From IMG/VR virus record IMGVR_UViG_2775507163_000001, positions 2,155 through 66,154 of that record: DNA of 64,000 bases; one strand, 5' to 3'. Positions 8,892-17,256 of this stretch are shown one piece after another. A program made the translations under genes and the position numbers. Origin of the DNA: a virus. The notes under the pieces are model-generated. The model made no database searches, was not told the origin of the DNA, and saw only the letters and a program-made list of their open reading frames with translations. Position 1 is the first letter of the stretch. Each line of letters starts with the position of its first letter.

Positions 8892-10109
8892 ATGGATAAA
8901 CTGTCTAAAGAAGTTTGCGATACAATTGAAAACCACGATTATTTAACGTACAACCTAGTCGCCGAAATGATCGACGGCACTAAGGATGATATGTCAAAAT
9001 TCCATACAAATAAAAGGCAATTAAGTTTCCGTAAATTCTTACGGTTATCTTATGTTCTTCATCCGGACAACCAAAAAGAAGTGTTTGACGGATGGTGCTT
9101 GCGCTTCAATACTACGGAAGCTATAAAACAAAGCTTTGAGTATGCGTCGATCACTCGGAATAAAGAGCTTTTAAAAACGCTTATTGATAAGTATAGCGAT
9201 GACAGCGCTCTAAGTAAACACGTCGCGATTTATACCATCTTATACGATTTCTATACGAATGAGATTAGAGCGAAGGATTTAATAACCAGACTCGATAAAG
9301 TCGGGCAGTTAAAAGGCGAGTTAGTTATTTTATCCGATATCATCAAATGCTATAATTATTACTGGGCGGAAAATTACTCGTTAATGCTGGCAACTGCAAA
9401 AGAAGCCGAGAAAGAAATCAACAAATTGGGAGACAGGCAGTTATTCATCAAAGAGTGTTACTTACATAGGGTTGCCGAAGTATTAGGCCACGTTAGCCGT
9501 CATTTAAACGACATTGATTCAGCTCGTTTTTACGCTAATTTAATAATTAATGCAGATATCTGCGCGAAAACAGTTGCGGGCGCGACATATATATTAGGGA
9601 TGTCGTACTTGCCCGAAGATAAAGAAAAAGCAATTAAATATCTTCAGATAAGATACGATATCACTAAAACTCTCGGAGAGCAAGATATAGAAAATAACGC
9701 TCGACGAGATTTAGATTTCGCAAAACTCTATTTAGACATTCAACTAGACGCCGACGCCGATCCTATACTTCTCAGACTACAGAATAACGAGGGAAGCGAA
9801 TTCGAACTAAAACTAATTAGGGAGGCGGTTTTCCAGGGAGGCGACGATGAATTTTTAGTTTTCTTATGCGCTATGGCCAAAAACTCCTTAGAGAAAATGC
9901 ACGAATGTCGCAAGTACTTTTTCAAACGAGGCAACTACTTCTTTACAAGTATGGCAGCCAGAGAAGCGAAGAAGTTAGGTGAAAGTTCCGCATTGATCGA
10001 GGAATTCATTGAAATTAAAACCGAAACCAAAGGGGATGTTGAATTTGAAGAAAATTTTATTAAGTGTTTTAATCGCGTCAGCAATCATCGCAGTTCCATT
10101 AGTGCTTAG
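8892..10109 (+). CDS. aimR: AimR-family arbitrium peptide receptor
   Basis: 405 aa; N-terminal HTH-like region, all-helical TPR-like body (SFEYAS, ECYLHRVAEVLG, AYILGMSY); followed by a short secreted peptide gene; GAAAGGGG RBS. Confidence 0.8.
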   Translation: MDKLSKEVCDTIENHDYLTYNLVAEMIDGTKDDMSKFHTNKRQLSFRKFLRLSYVLHPDNQKEVFDGWCLRFNTTEAIKQSFEYASITRNKELLKTLIDKYSDDSALSKHVAIYTILYDFYTNEIRAKDLITRLDKVGQLKGELVILSDIIKCYNYYWAENYSLMLATAKEAEKEINKLGDRQLFIKECYLHRVAEVLGHVSRHLNDIDSARFYANLIINADICAKTVAGATYILGMSYLPEDKEKAIKYLQIRYDITKTLGEQDIENNARRDLDFAKLYLDIQLDADADPILLRLQNNEGSEFELKLIREAVFQGGDDEFLVFLCAMAKNSLEKMHECRKYFFKRGNYFFTSMAAREAKKLGESSALIEEFIEIKTETKGDVEFEENFIKCFNRVSNHRSSISA

Positions 10110-10182
10110 CAACGGAGGAAAAGATACTGCCAGCGAAAAAGTCGGCGGCATTGTCACTTACTCAGAGAAAGTCGGAGGTTAA
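10045..10182 (+). CDS. aimP: AimP arbitrium pro-peptide (45 aa)
   Basis: TTG start 8 nt after AGGGGA; MKKILLSVLIASAIIAVPLVLSNGGKDTASEKVGGIVTYSEKVGG*: basic N-terminus, hydrophobic signal, SEKVGG twice; overlaps the aimR 3' end by 65 nt. Confidence 0.85.
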   Translation: MKKILLSVLIASAIIAVPLVLSNGGKDTASEKVGGIVTYSEKVGG

Positions 10183-10210
10183 TCCTAGAAATAAATAAAA
10201 GAAACTCCTT

Positions 10211-10239
10211 AAGGCGGCCATTGAGGTCGTCTTTTTTTT
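10211..10239 (+). terminator. intrinsic terminator after aimP
   Basis: AAGGCGGCC-ATTGA-GGTCGTCTT stem followed by a T run. Confidence 0.8.
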
Positions 10240-10250
10240 ATGCGATTTTT

Positions 10251-10270
10251 ATGTACACTGTAGTAGACAA
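10251..10270 (+). promoter_or_regulatory. second copy of the operator-like palindrome
   Basis: ATGTACACTGTAGTAGACAA, 16/20 identical to the reverse complement of 8804-8823; upstream of extended -10 TGCTATATT at 10321-10329. Confidence 0.5.
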
Positions 10271-10379
10271 AGAGTCAGAATTGAAAGATTGCCTACTTTC
10301 TACATTTTACCAATCGCCCATGCTATATTATTTATTGTAGACACGCACCAAAAAGTTTTTAAAGAAAATTTCAAAAAAG

Positions 10380-10408
10380 TGCGCGAAAACAAAAAGTCGT
10401 GCGACATA
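10380..10408 (+). promoter_or_regulatory. phage-sigma promoter consensus copy (autoregulatory position)
   Basis: TGCGCGA-N13-TGCGACATA. Confidence 0.65.
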
Positions 10409-10441
10409 CATTATGTAGCCGATAAAACGGGAGGTAATAAA

Positions 10442-11068
10442 ATGAACGAAAGTAAAAAACTAAATATCAACCACGCAGTAGCTCGATACCTGGTAACGAA
10501 AGGCGAAGCGGATTTCAACGAAGTCTACCGCAGCCTACACGCAGAGTACCGAAAGAAGATCGCCTACTGGTCGACATCAACGTTTATGGCAAACAAACAC
10601 GACGTTATGGAGATTTTCGATGATATGTTACTCCGGTCATTGGACGCAGTTGAAAAGAATGGCGGCGACTTCGTAAAGTTATTTCACCTCTCGCTAAACA
10701 GCCGCTACAAATCGCTACTACGAAAATTGACAACACGAAGAAAATTCGAGCAATACGAAGTGGAATCAGAAGAGGATGAGAAGCCGGCAAGCTTCGAAAT
10801 CGACAGCGGATTCAGAATCGAAGAAGAAATTATCGCAAAGAAAAAAGCCGACCAGCGGCAACTGATCGACTCTCTTCTGAACGATGCGGATGCTAAAACA
10901 ACGGCAATTGTTGAAGCGTTCCTGGTAAGTGAGAATGCATCTCCGACGGCAATCGGTGAAGCTCTCGGTTTACACCATTCAACTGTTATACGCTCACTCA
11001 AACGCCTGGCCGGCAAGTTTGATTCAAAAAAGTACGGCGATTATACCGACTTTTTAGTAGCGCTTTAA
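10442..11068 (+). CDS. phage sigma-70-like RNA polymerase sigma factor
   Basis: Region-2-like FNEVYRSL...DVMEIFDDMLLR...YKSLLRK and C-terminal HTH SPTAIGEALGLHHSTVIRSLKRL; GGGAGG RBS. Confidence 0.7.
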   Translation: MNESKKLNINHAVARYLVTKGEADFNEVYRSLHAEYRKKIAYWSTSTFMANKHDVMEIFDDMLLRSLDAVEKNGGDFVKLFHLSLNSRYKSLLRKLTTRRKFEQYEVESEEDEKPASFEIDSGFRIEEEIIAKKKADQRQLIDSLLNDADAKTTAIVEAFLVSENASPTAIGEALGLHHSTVIRSLKRLAGKFDSKKYGDYTDFLVAL

Positions 11069-11074
11069 TTTTAA

Positions 11075-11148
11075 GAGGTCGGTTAGGCCAATAGGCATTA
11101 GGTCTAACCCCTCGCGTTCATTATATCAACTTAATTTCGTTTTGTATA
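11075..11148 (-). promoter_or_regulatory. convergent sigma-A promoter and hairpin after the sigma gene
   Basis: Minus strand TATACA-17 nt-TATAAT with TG extension (11148-11120); hairpin 11075-11113. Confidence 0.5.
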
Positions 11149-11246
11149 TACGTTGTCTTGACACGTAATACGATTTAATCAAATTTTAATCTTTAATATA
11201 GTACGCTATTTTCGCCAAAAACGCAACGCCAAAGGAGGCTACGAAG

Positions 11247-11414
11247 TTGGGAAAATTCTTAAATAAACGTTTCTCTTCCTATTATACGCCGGAGTACCTA
11301 AAACATACGTCGTTTGAGCGACAAATTGAGCGGTTACAACACGATCCTATCCGACTTTGCGATGGCAATAACGAAAATGTATCGATAAAAAATATAAAGG
11401 CGGTGCGACTATGA
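11247..11414 (+). CDS. small hypothetical protein (55 aa)
   Basis: AAAGGAGG RBS, TTG start, MGKFLNKRFSSYYTPEYL...IKAVRL. Confidence 0.6.
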   Translation: MGKFLNKRFSSYYTPEYLKHTSFERQIERLQHDPIRLCDGNNENVSIKNIKAVRL

Positions 11415-11479
11415 TGTTCGGAGCGTATTTATTACTGGTAGCTGCGTGGGGAAGTTGGGAAATTTGGCGTGAATGTTAA
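11411..11479 (+). CDS. 22 aa hydrophobic micro-protein
   Basis: ATGA overlap; MMFGAYLLLVAAWGSWEIWREC. Confidence 0.4.
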   Translation: MMFGAYLLLVAAWGSWEIWREC

Positions 11480-11505
11480 CGAAGTCTAACGCAAGGAGGA
11501 ACGAA

Positions 11506-12408
11506 ATGAATCTCGAAGGGTTGACAGAGAAAGTCACTAAAGGGCGTTGGAAGACCGTTTACTACGAAGACCGGTCAGGAGAAATTGTCGCAAAAAAGTG
11601 TAGAGGAGATTGCGGCGAGGTTAAAGCGCTAGATGAATTCTCGGAACGCAATGATAAATATACTATAGGAGGGCGTGAATCAAAATGTAAAAAGTGTATG
11701 GCGGAATTAACTCGCAAATGGCGTACAAATAACAACGAACGTAATAGGGAGTACCAACGGAAATGGCACGAGGAAAATAGGGATTACCATATAGAACTTA
11801 ATAAAGAATGGCGAAAGAATAATCCGGAGTATAGGCGTAAGTACCGAGAAGAAAACAAGGAACGTGTTAAAGAAGTCGAACAGAAGTACTACAAGGAAAA
11901 CAAGGAACGAATTGCAGAGAATGCTAGAAATTGGTACCAAAATAATAAAGATCATTATATAAAGGCAAAACAAGAATACAGAAAAAATAATCCCGACAAA
12001 GTCGCATTAATCAAGCAACGTCGAAGAGCTAGAAAAATAAGTTTACCAGACGATTTCACCTCAGAGCAGATGGAAGTAACATTGTCTTGGTTTGGAGGAT
12101 GTGCATTAACCGGTGACGATGGTGATTACCATTGGGATCATGTTATACCGATAGCTACCGGAAATGGAGGAACAACTTTCGGTAATATGGCACCGCTGAG
12201 AAGCGACTTAAATATATCTAAAAATAGCGCAAACATCTTCGAATGGTTTGAGGCGAATAGGCAACGTTTCAAACTAGAACAATGGCGCTTCGATAGACTA
12301 ATAGAATGGCTTGCGTCGGCAAACGCAATGTCATTTGAGGAATATCGCGCTTATGTTTACGAATGTCATGCGAATCCAAACGAAATAAATGACGCCAAGG
12401 CGAATTAA
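11506..12408 (+). CDS. HNH endonuclease with N-terminal Cys cluster and charged repeat linker
   Basis: KKCRGDC...SKCKKC, WDHVIP...LRSDLNISK HNH core; AAGGAGG RBS; paralog of 38228..39049. Confidence 0.8.
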   Translation: MNLEGLTEKVTKGRWKTVYYEDRSGEIVAKKCRGDCGEVKALDEFSERNDKYTIGGRESKCKKCMAELTRKWRTNNNERNREYQRKWHEENRDYHIELNKEWRKNNPEYRRKYREENKERVKEVEQKYYKENKERIAENARNWYQNNKDHYIKAKQEYRKNNPDKVALIKQRRRARKISLPDDFTSEQMEVTLSWFGGCALTGDDGDYHWDHVIPIATGNGGTTFGNMAPLRSDLNISKNSANIFEWFEANRQRFKLEQWRFDRLIEWLASANAMSFEEYRAYVYECHANPNEINDAKAN

Positions 12409-12556
12409 CTTTCGCCCGTCCGTGAACGCTTCGAAACAAAGGCGCTGACGCAAGCAGACTGTACGTAACGGTCGGCTCACCGTCCAGGACTTGGCGGCCC
12501 TCGAAGCGACCACGGGCGACTGGAGACGCTCGACACCTCCTTATGAAAGAAAATAA

Positions 12557-12621
12557 TTGACGAAACGGCCTTCGGGTCGTCGCGGTAGGATTGACCGTCT
12601 ACCGCCTGATGAGTCAGGTCG
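12557..12621 (+). ncRNA. type II hammerhead ribozyme
   Basis: Stem II UUGAC(12557-61)/GUCAG(12613-17); GAAA 12562-65; stem III ACGGCC-UUCG-GGUCGU; GUC cleavage triplet 12579-81; stem I GCGGUAG/CUACCGC; CUGAUGA 12606-12. Confidence 0.92.
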
Positions 12622-12682
12622 TGCGGGTGTGGGCGTTGCCGATACTCGAAAACTAAACGCCGAAAGGCAAGGAGGAAAACGA

Positions 12683-13453
12683 ATGACACAATTTCAAAGC
12701 GGAGCTGACGCTCTAAACTCGCTAAACGCATCAAACGAAGGTGGTAACGGAAGCAAAGCGGAATTCGCAAGCTTCAAGAGTGGCAGTTCGTACAAAGTCC
12801 GCGTAACAAGTACAACGGACTTAATCAAGTTTTACAGCTACGGAATTTTTAAGAAGGTCAACAGTTTCGTTGCGAAAGACCCTTCGGTCAAAAACGCCAA
12901 AGGTTTCGCAGAGTCAAACTTCACACCGTGGGATCTTGCTTCGAACTACTATTCGGACTTAAAGCGCAAAGCAGAGGACGCAGGTCAAGCCGCCAAAGCT
13001 GAGGAATACAAAGCGGAAGCCGGCAAGTATCGCGCCAAAGAACGCTATGCCTTCGGATTTATCGACTTAACAACTGGCGAGCCAATCATCGTCGACCTAT
13101 CGAAAAAGCAAGCGCAAGGCATCCACGCAGTTATTGCGAAGTATGCGGCGAAGCTTGGCAAGTTGGCGTTCGAATTAAGCAAGAGCGGAAGCAGCACGTC
13201 GACCGTCGTAAGTTTATCGCCAATTATCGATATGGACGAAGATTTGTCCGATAAAGAACGCGAGAATTTCGCTAAGTTTGCAGATAAGACATTCGATATG
13301 TCTCTATTTGACGGACTGTTATTCGAGGCTGACGAAAAGCAGCAGATTGAAAACTTAGTGGCGGCGGGCTTCGATATTACGCTTATCGGCTTGAGCATCG
13401 GCGCTAGTGGAGACGGACTTGGCGACTTATCCGAAGATAAATTCGAATTTTAG
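12683..13453 (+). CDS. phage single-stranded DNA-binding protein (probable)
   Basis: AAGGAGG RBS at 12669-75; 256 aa with acidic/aromatic tail DLSEDKFEF; upstream of the polymerase. Confidence 0.65.
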   Translation: MTQFQSGADALNSLNASNEGGNGSKAEFASFKSGSSYKVRVTSTTDLIKFYSYGIFKKVNSFVAKDPSVKNAKGFAESNFTPWDLASNYYSDLKRKAEDAGQAAKAEEYKAEAGKYRAKERYAFGFIDLTTGEPIIVDLSKKQAQGIHAVIAKYAAKLGKLAFELSKSGSSTSTVVSLSPIIDMDEDLSDKERENFAKFADKTFDMSLFDGLLFEADEKQQIENLVAAGFDITLIGLSIGASGDGLGDLSEDKFEF

Positions 13454-13464
13454 GAGGCGAAATA

Positions 13465-13767
13465 ATGGGCGTTGACTTTTTAGCTTGTGAAACATGCGGA
13501 GATACATTTCCTGATTGTGGAGATTACGTCACTTGCGAATGTGGCAGACAATGGTGCTCCGATAGTTGCGCCGAGTCTGATGGCTTTCGCGAAGAAGAGG
13601 ACGGATTTACTCCTAAAGGTTCGAACTGGTCGCAAGAAACAAGTTGTGATTATTGTCGCGGAGAAGATTTCGAGGATTACGAATTATTGTCGGAAGCACT
13701 CGACCTCCTTGGAAAAACGCGTCAAGACATCGTCGATATTTTAAAAGCTAAGCGGGAGGCGGAGTAA
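13465..13767 (+). CDS. Cys-rich hypothetical protein
   Basis: Multiple CxxC motifs; AGGAGG RBS. Confidence 0.7.
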   Translation: MGVDFLACETCGDTFPDCGDYVTCECGRQWCSDSCAESDGFREEEDGFTPKGSNWSQETSCDYCRGEDFEDYELLSEALDLLGKTRQDIVDILKAKREAE

Positions 13768-14162
13768 TGGCACACGCAACTATTACGAAAGGACGTCACT
13801 CTGAACTCCTCGCCCAAACGGCGCTACTTGCTAACGGATGGAACGTTGCGGAGCCAATCGCTCCCGAAGCGTTCGATCTCGTAGCAAGGGCGCCAGGCTC
13901 TACGGAGTGGCAACGAATTCAAATTAAAAGCGCAAGGGTTCGCGATGATCGTAACGGTGAAATCGTTTGCTACACACGGAAGAACAACGGCAAAGTCTAC
14001 GACCAAGATGATTGCGACTTGTTTATCGCGGTATTGAACAGCGACGTTTACATGTTCGCCAATCGGAATATCTCCGAGTACTGGGTAACGGCGGCCAACA
14101 TCGAAGAGAAGTGGACGAAGTTGGAAATCGGAATTGAGCACTTAAAAGGGGCGGTTGTATGA
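13767..14162 (+). CDS. PD-(D/E)XK endonuclease, free-standing, of the group I intron-associated type
   Basis: KGRHSE...FDLVA...IQIKS...CDLFIAV pattern. Confidence 0.65.
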   Translation: MAHATITKGRHSELLAQTALLANGWNVAEPIAPEAFDLVARAPGSTEWQRIQIKSARVRDDRNGEIVCYTRKNNGKVYDQDDCDLFIAVLNSDVYMFANRNISEYWVTAANIEEKWTKLEIGIEHLKGAVV

Positions 14163-14386
14163 GAGAGCCGTGGGAGTACGAGTTCGACCGATGGAAAACG
14201 ACGCCACCAGCCGAGCCGGCCAGCGTAAGATTATGCGCCCATTGTGAAGGCGACCTTTTCGAAGGCGGCGAGTACGTCAAAGACCTGGTCGAAGGCGAAT
14301 GGTACTGCGATACCGACTGCTACTTCGAGAAGATGCGCGACAACACTACGCTTGCAATTCTCGAGGCTGAGCGTGATGAGGAATGA
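14159..14386 (+). CDS. hypothetical zinc-finger protein
   Basis: CAHC and YCDTDC motifs; overlaps neighbours. Confidence 0.65.
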   Translation: MREPWEYEFDRWKTTPPAEPASVRLCAHCEGDLFEGGEYVKDLVEGEWYCDTDCYFEKMRDNTTLAILEAERDEE

Positions 14387-16608
14387 CGCCTAAACTAACA
14401 TTAAATATTAAGGCGGACGATGGCGCGGCTGCTGAAGCGAATGCGCGGGTCAAATCGGCGGCCAAGAAGAAGGCGGATGCGACGGAAACGCTTAGCGAGG
14501 CATGGACGCGTATACTAGCGATGAACAATAGCGAGAGCGATCAGAAAAGACTTATCGAAGTGAAAAACGGAATGGATGCGGGCCTGGTAGGCAGAGAGCC
14601 CGCTGCCGTTTCGAAAAAGTTCAGTAAAGCGGAGGCTTTGCGCTTGTGGCGGCAACTACGAGAGCAAATGCGCGAATCAACCTTACGGAAGATGGTCGAT
14701 GAAACTCCGGATAATTACTGGCTAATAACCGACGAAAGAAAGCTGCGGGAGTTTACCTTGTTGCTTTCGAAAGAAGACGAGATTGTCTTTGACGTTGAGA
14801 CAACGGGTGTTGACGTATGGAACGACTACATTGTCGGTCATGTAATAACAGCAGTTAAGGCGGATATACACGCGTATATTCCAACTGGTCATAAGACGGA
14901 TCATAAACAACTGCCGAAAGAACTCGTATGGAAGCATCTTAAACCGATATACGAGGACGAAAGAATCGGAAAGCTCGCACATAACGCTAAATTCGATATT
15001 CATATGCTCGACCGAGACGGAATTGATTTACGTGGGTTGACATGGGATACGCAAGAGGCTATGCGGATGCTTAACGAAAACGAAACGTCATTCGCGCTTA
15101 AAAACCTCGTAACAAAGTATTTAAAGATTCCTTCTTTAACTTACGGGGATTTATTCGGACAAATCGGATTTGACGAGGTTAGTGATTTAAAAGTAGCCTT
15201 GGCATATGCGGCAAAAGACGGTGACGTCACTCTTAAATTACGAAATTTTCAACGGGAGCACTTGGCGAAAATGCCTGGCGTACTTGAATATTTTCAGACG
15301 GTAGAGGTTCCGTTAATTAAGACGCTTGTTTATATGGAATCGACCGGATTTGAAATCGATAAAGAGTATGCCAAAACATATGGCGCTGAGATGAAAGCGG
15401 ACATCGAACGCATGAAAGCGGAATTGATACAAGAGTTTGGCGACATTAATATCGATAGTCCAGCACAGTTAAAGCCTGCACTTGAACGTATAACAGGACT
15501 TACGCTTGTTTCAACGGATGCCAAAAAGGTATTAAAACCGTTAGCCGGAGAATATCCGATTATCGAAAAGCTACTCAAATATAAAGGCATGAACAAACTT
15601 TATTCGACTTATATCGGAGTATTGCCGGAGTTAATCGACCCACGTACCGGAAAGCTTCATACGAATTTTAATCAAAATGGTGCGAAGACAGGCCGATTAT
15701 CAAGCGGTGGTGAGTCAGGCGTTAACCTTCAAAATCAGCCTTATCCGGCCCGTAAGTTATTTATTGCGCCACCTGGTTACGTATTGTTAGGCGGAGACTG
15801 GTCGCAACAGGAGGTCCGGTGCCTCGCTTACTTTACGCAGGAACCAACGTTGCTTGAAGCTTATCAGACAGGTCGCGATATCTACTCATCAATGGCGAGT
15901 GAAGTATTCGGCAAGCCTTATGAAGAGTGCGGAGATGGAACGTTTGAACGTAAAGCAATGAAAACCGGCGTACTTGCGAGTATGTATGGAACAGGGCCGA
16001 AAACACTCGGTCAGCAGCTCGGCATTTCAGAAAAAGAAGCGAAAGCATTTCTCGCCGACTTCTTTGACCGGTTGCCTCTCGTTAAAAAGTGGATCGATGA
16101 AAATACGAAGTTTGTTCGCAAACATGGATTCGTTTATATGGACGGAGAAAAGCGCAAGCGCCGACTGCCGACTGCATTAGACCGAAAAGCCACTTACGGA
16201 CAAAAGAGTCAAGCAGACCGTCAAGCTACTAACGCAAGGGTGCAAGGATCGAGCGCTATCCAATCTAAGACGACGTTAAATGCGTTATATCAACTATGTC
16301 AGCGAAAAGAGGATTGGCGTATGTGGGTCACGGTCCATGACGAAGCCCTCAATGTAGTACCTGAATCTTTAACAAGAGCTGATGTTGCGGACTTTGAAAG
16401 AACGATGGTAAATACCTATGCGTTCGGAAATGTGCCTAATAAATGTGATATCGAAATTTCCCGCAGATGGGGCGAGGGGATGTCGGTTACTGAATTCTTC
16501 GAAGGCCCATCTGCAGTTTATCGCGAAGATTATAAAACCGATGAATCTTACGAAAAGAGAGTCCGATTCGTTACTGCGAATTGGCAAAAACGGGAGGAAA
16601 CGAACTAA
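14383..16608 (+). CDS. polA: DNA polymerase family A with 3'-5' exonuclease
   Basis: FDVETTG, HNAKFD, TGRLSS, NLQNQP, GDWSQQEVR, KTGVLASMYG, NARVQGS, VHDE motifs. Confidence 0.95.
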   Translation: MTPKLTLNIKADDGAAAEANARVKSAAKKKADATETLSEAWTRILAMNNSESDQKRLIEVKNGMDAGLVGREPAAVSKKFSKAEALRLWRQLREQMRESTLRKMVDETPDNYWLITDERKLREFTLLLSKEDEIVFDVETTGVDVWNDYIVGHVITAVKADIHAYIPTGHKTDHKQLPKELVWKHLKPIYEDERIGKLAHNAKFDIHMLDRDGIDLRGLTWDTQEAMRMLNENETSFALKNLVTKYLKIPSLTYGDLFGQIGFDEVSDLKVALAYAAKDGDVTLKLRNFQREHLAKMPGVLEYFQTVEVPLIKTLVYMESTGFEIDKEYAKTYGAEMKADIERMKAELIQEFGDINIDSPAQLKPALERITGLTLVSTDAKKVLKPLAGEYPIIEKLLKYKGMNKLYSTYIGVLPELIDPRTGKLHTNFNQNGAKTGRLSSGGESGVNLQNQPYPARKLFIAPPGYVLLGGDWSQQEVRCLAYFTQEPTLLEAYQTGRDIYSSMASEVFGKPYEECGDGTFERKAMKTGVLASMYGTGPKTLGQQLGISEKEAKAFLADFFDRLPLVKKWIDENTKFVRKHGFVYMDGEKRKRRLPTALDRKATYGQKSQADRQATNARVQGSSAIQSKTTLNALYQLCQRKEDWRMWVTVHDEALNVVPESLTRADVADFERTMVNTYAFGNVPNKCDIEISRRWGEGMSVTEFFEGPSAVYREDYKTDESYEKRVRFVTANWQKREETN

Positions 16609-16883
16609 TGGCGATTATTACAATTAAGAAATTTTCACGACAAGACTGCAGACCTTGCAAAGCACTAGCGAACTACCTTGGCGATATCGATTTATTCGGA
16701 CTTGGTGCGACGCTTGAAAATATTGATATCGAAGAGCAGCCGGAAGTCATCGATCAATACGGTTTATCGAGTGTGCCCGTAATGGTGCTAGAGAGATCAG
16801 GCGTAGAAGTCCACCGCATCGTCGGCCTACGTCCTACCGAAGAAATCATCGACGCAATCGAGCACGCTAAGGTGGTGCGCTGA
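16608..16883 (+). CDS. thioredoxin-like protein
   Basis: CRPC active site, YGLSSVPV; near nrdJ. Confidence 0.85.
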   Translation: MAIITIKKFSRQDCRPCKALANYLGDIDLFGLGATLENIDIEEQPEVIDQYGLSSVPVMVLERSGVEVHRIVGLRPTEEIIDAIEHAKVVR

Positions 16884-17065
16884 TGACTCTTCGATATACT
16901 TTCGAAAAAGTACACGGAGAAGAATGGTATCAAGTCCGATTGAATGGCGAATTTATCACGTATGCAGAACGGAAAGATTCGAAGTTAGTCGATGAAATAT
17001 TACGCGATAATGGGTTCGAAAGTAGAGAAGTTTATTGGGCGTATTTAATGGAGGCACGCAAATGA
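16883..17065 (+). CDS. hypothetical protein
   Basis: 60 aa, TGATG coupling. Confidence 0.65.
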   Translation: MTLRYTFEKVHGEEWYQVRLNGEFITYAERKDSKLVDEILRDNGFESREVYWAYLMEARK

Positions 17066-17256
17066 CCGCCCGCATTGCAAACTTCGCAATCGTGATGGCG
17101 ACGGTATACTTCGCGTTACCTGTCGTCTTTCACGGCGGAAGGCTAGCCCAAGCGGCGGCGATAACGTTGTTGGCTTTCGTGGCTAAGACGTTGTTATCGC
17201 CAGAGGCTCCGGAGATTTACTTGATTAACGGAAAAGACGGGGAGGATGCGGAATGA
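17062..17256 (+). CDS. small membrane protein
   Basis: Two hydrophobic segments; GGAGG RBS. Confidence 0.6.
   Translation: MTARIANFAIVMATVYFALPVVFHGGRLAQAAAITLLAFVAKTLLSPEAPEIYLINGKDGEDAE

Noticed and set aside
10289-10441. Longer TTG start for the sigma factor
   Set aside because: No RBS; the region holds promoter motifs, and the GGGAGG RBS precedes ATG 10442
12331-12542. Minus-strand AAGGAGGTG as RBS for ORF 12331..12513
   Set aside because: About 20 nt from the GTG with no start at proper spacing, and the product is a low-complexity shadow ORF; a degraded minus-strand gene cannot be fully excluded
12557-12682. 42-aa N-terminal extension of ssb in the ORF track
   Set aside because: The region is the hammerhead and leader; the strong AAGGAGG RBS points to ATG 12683
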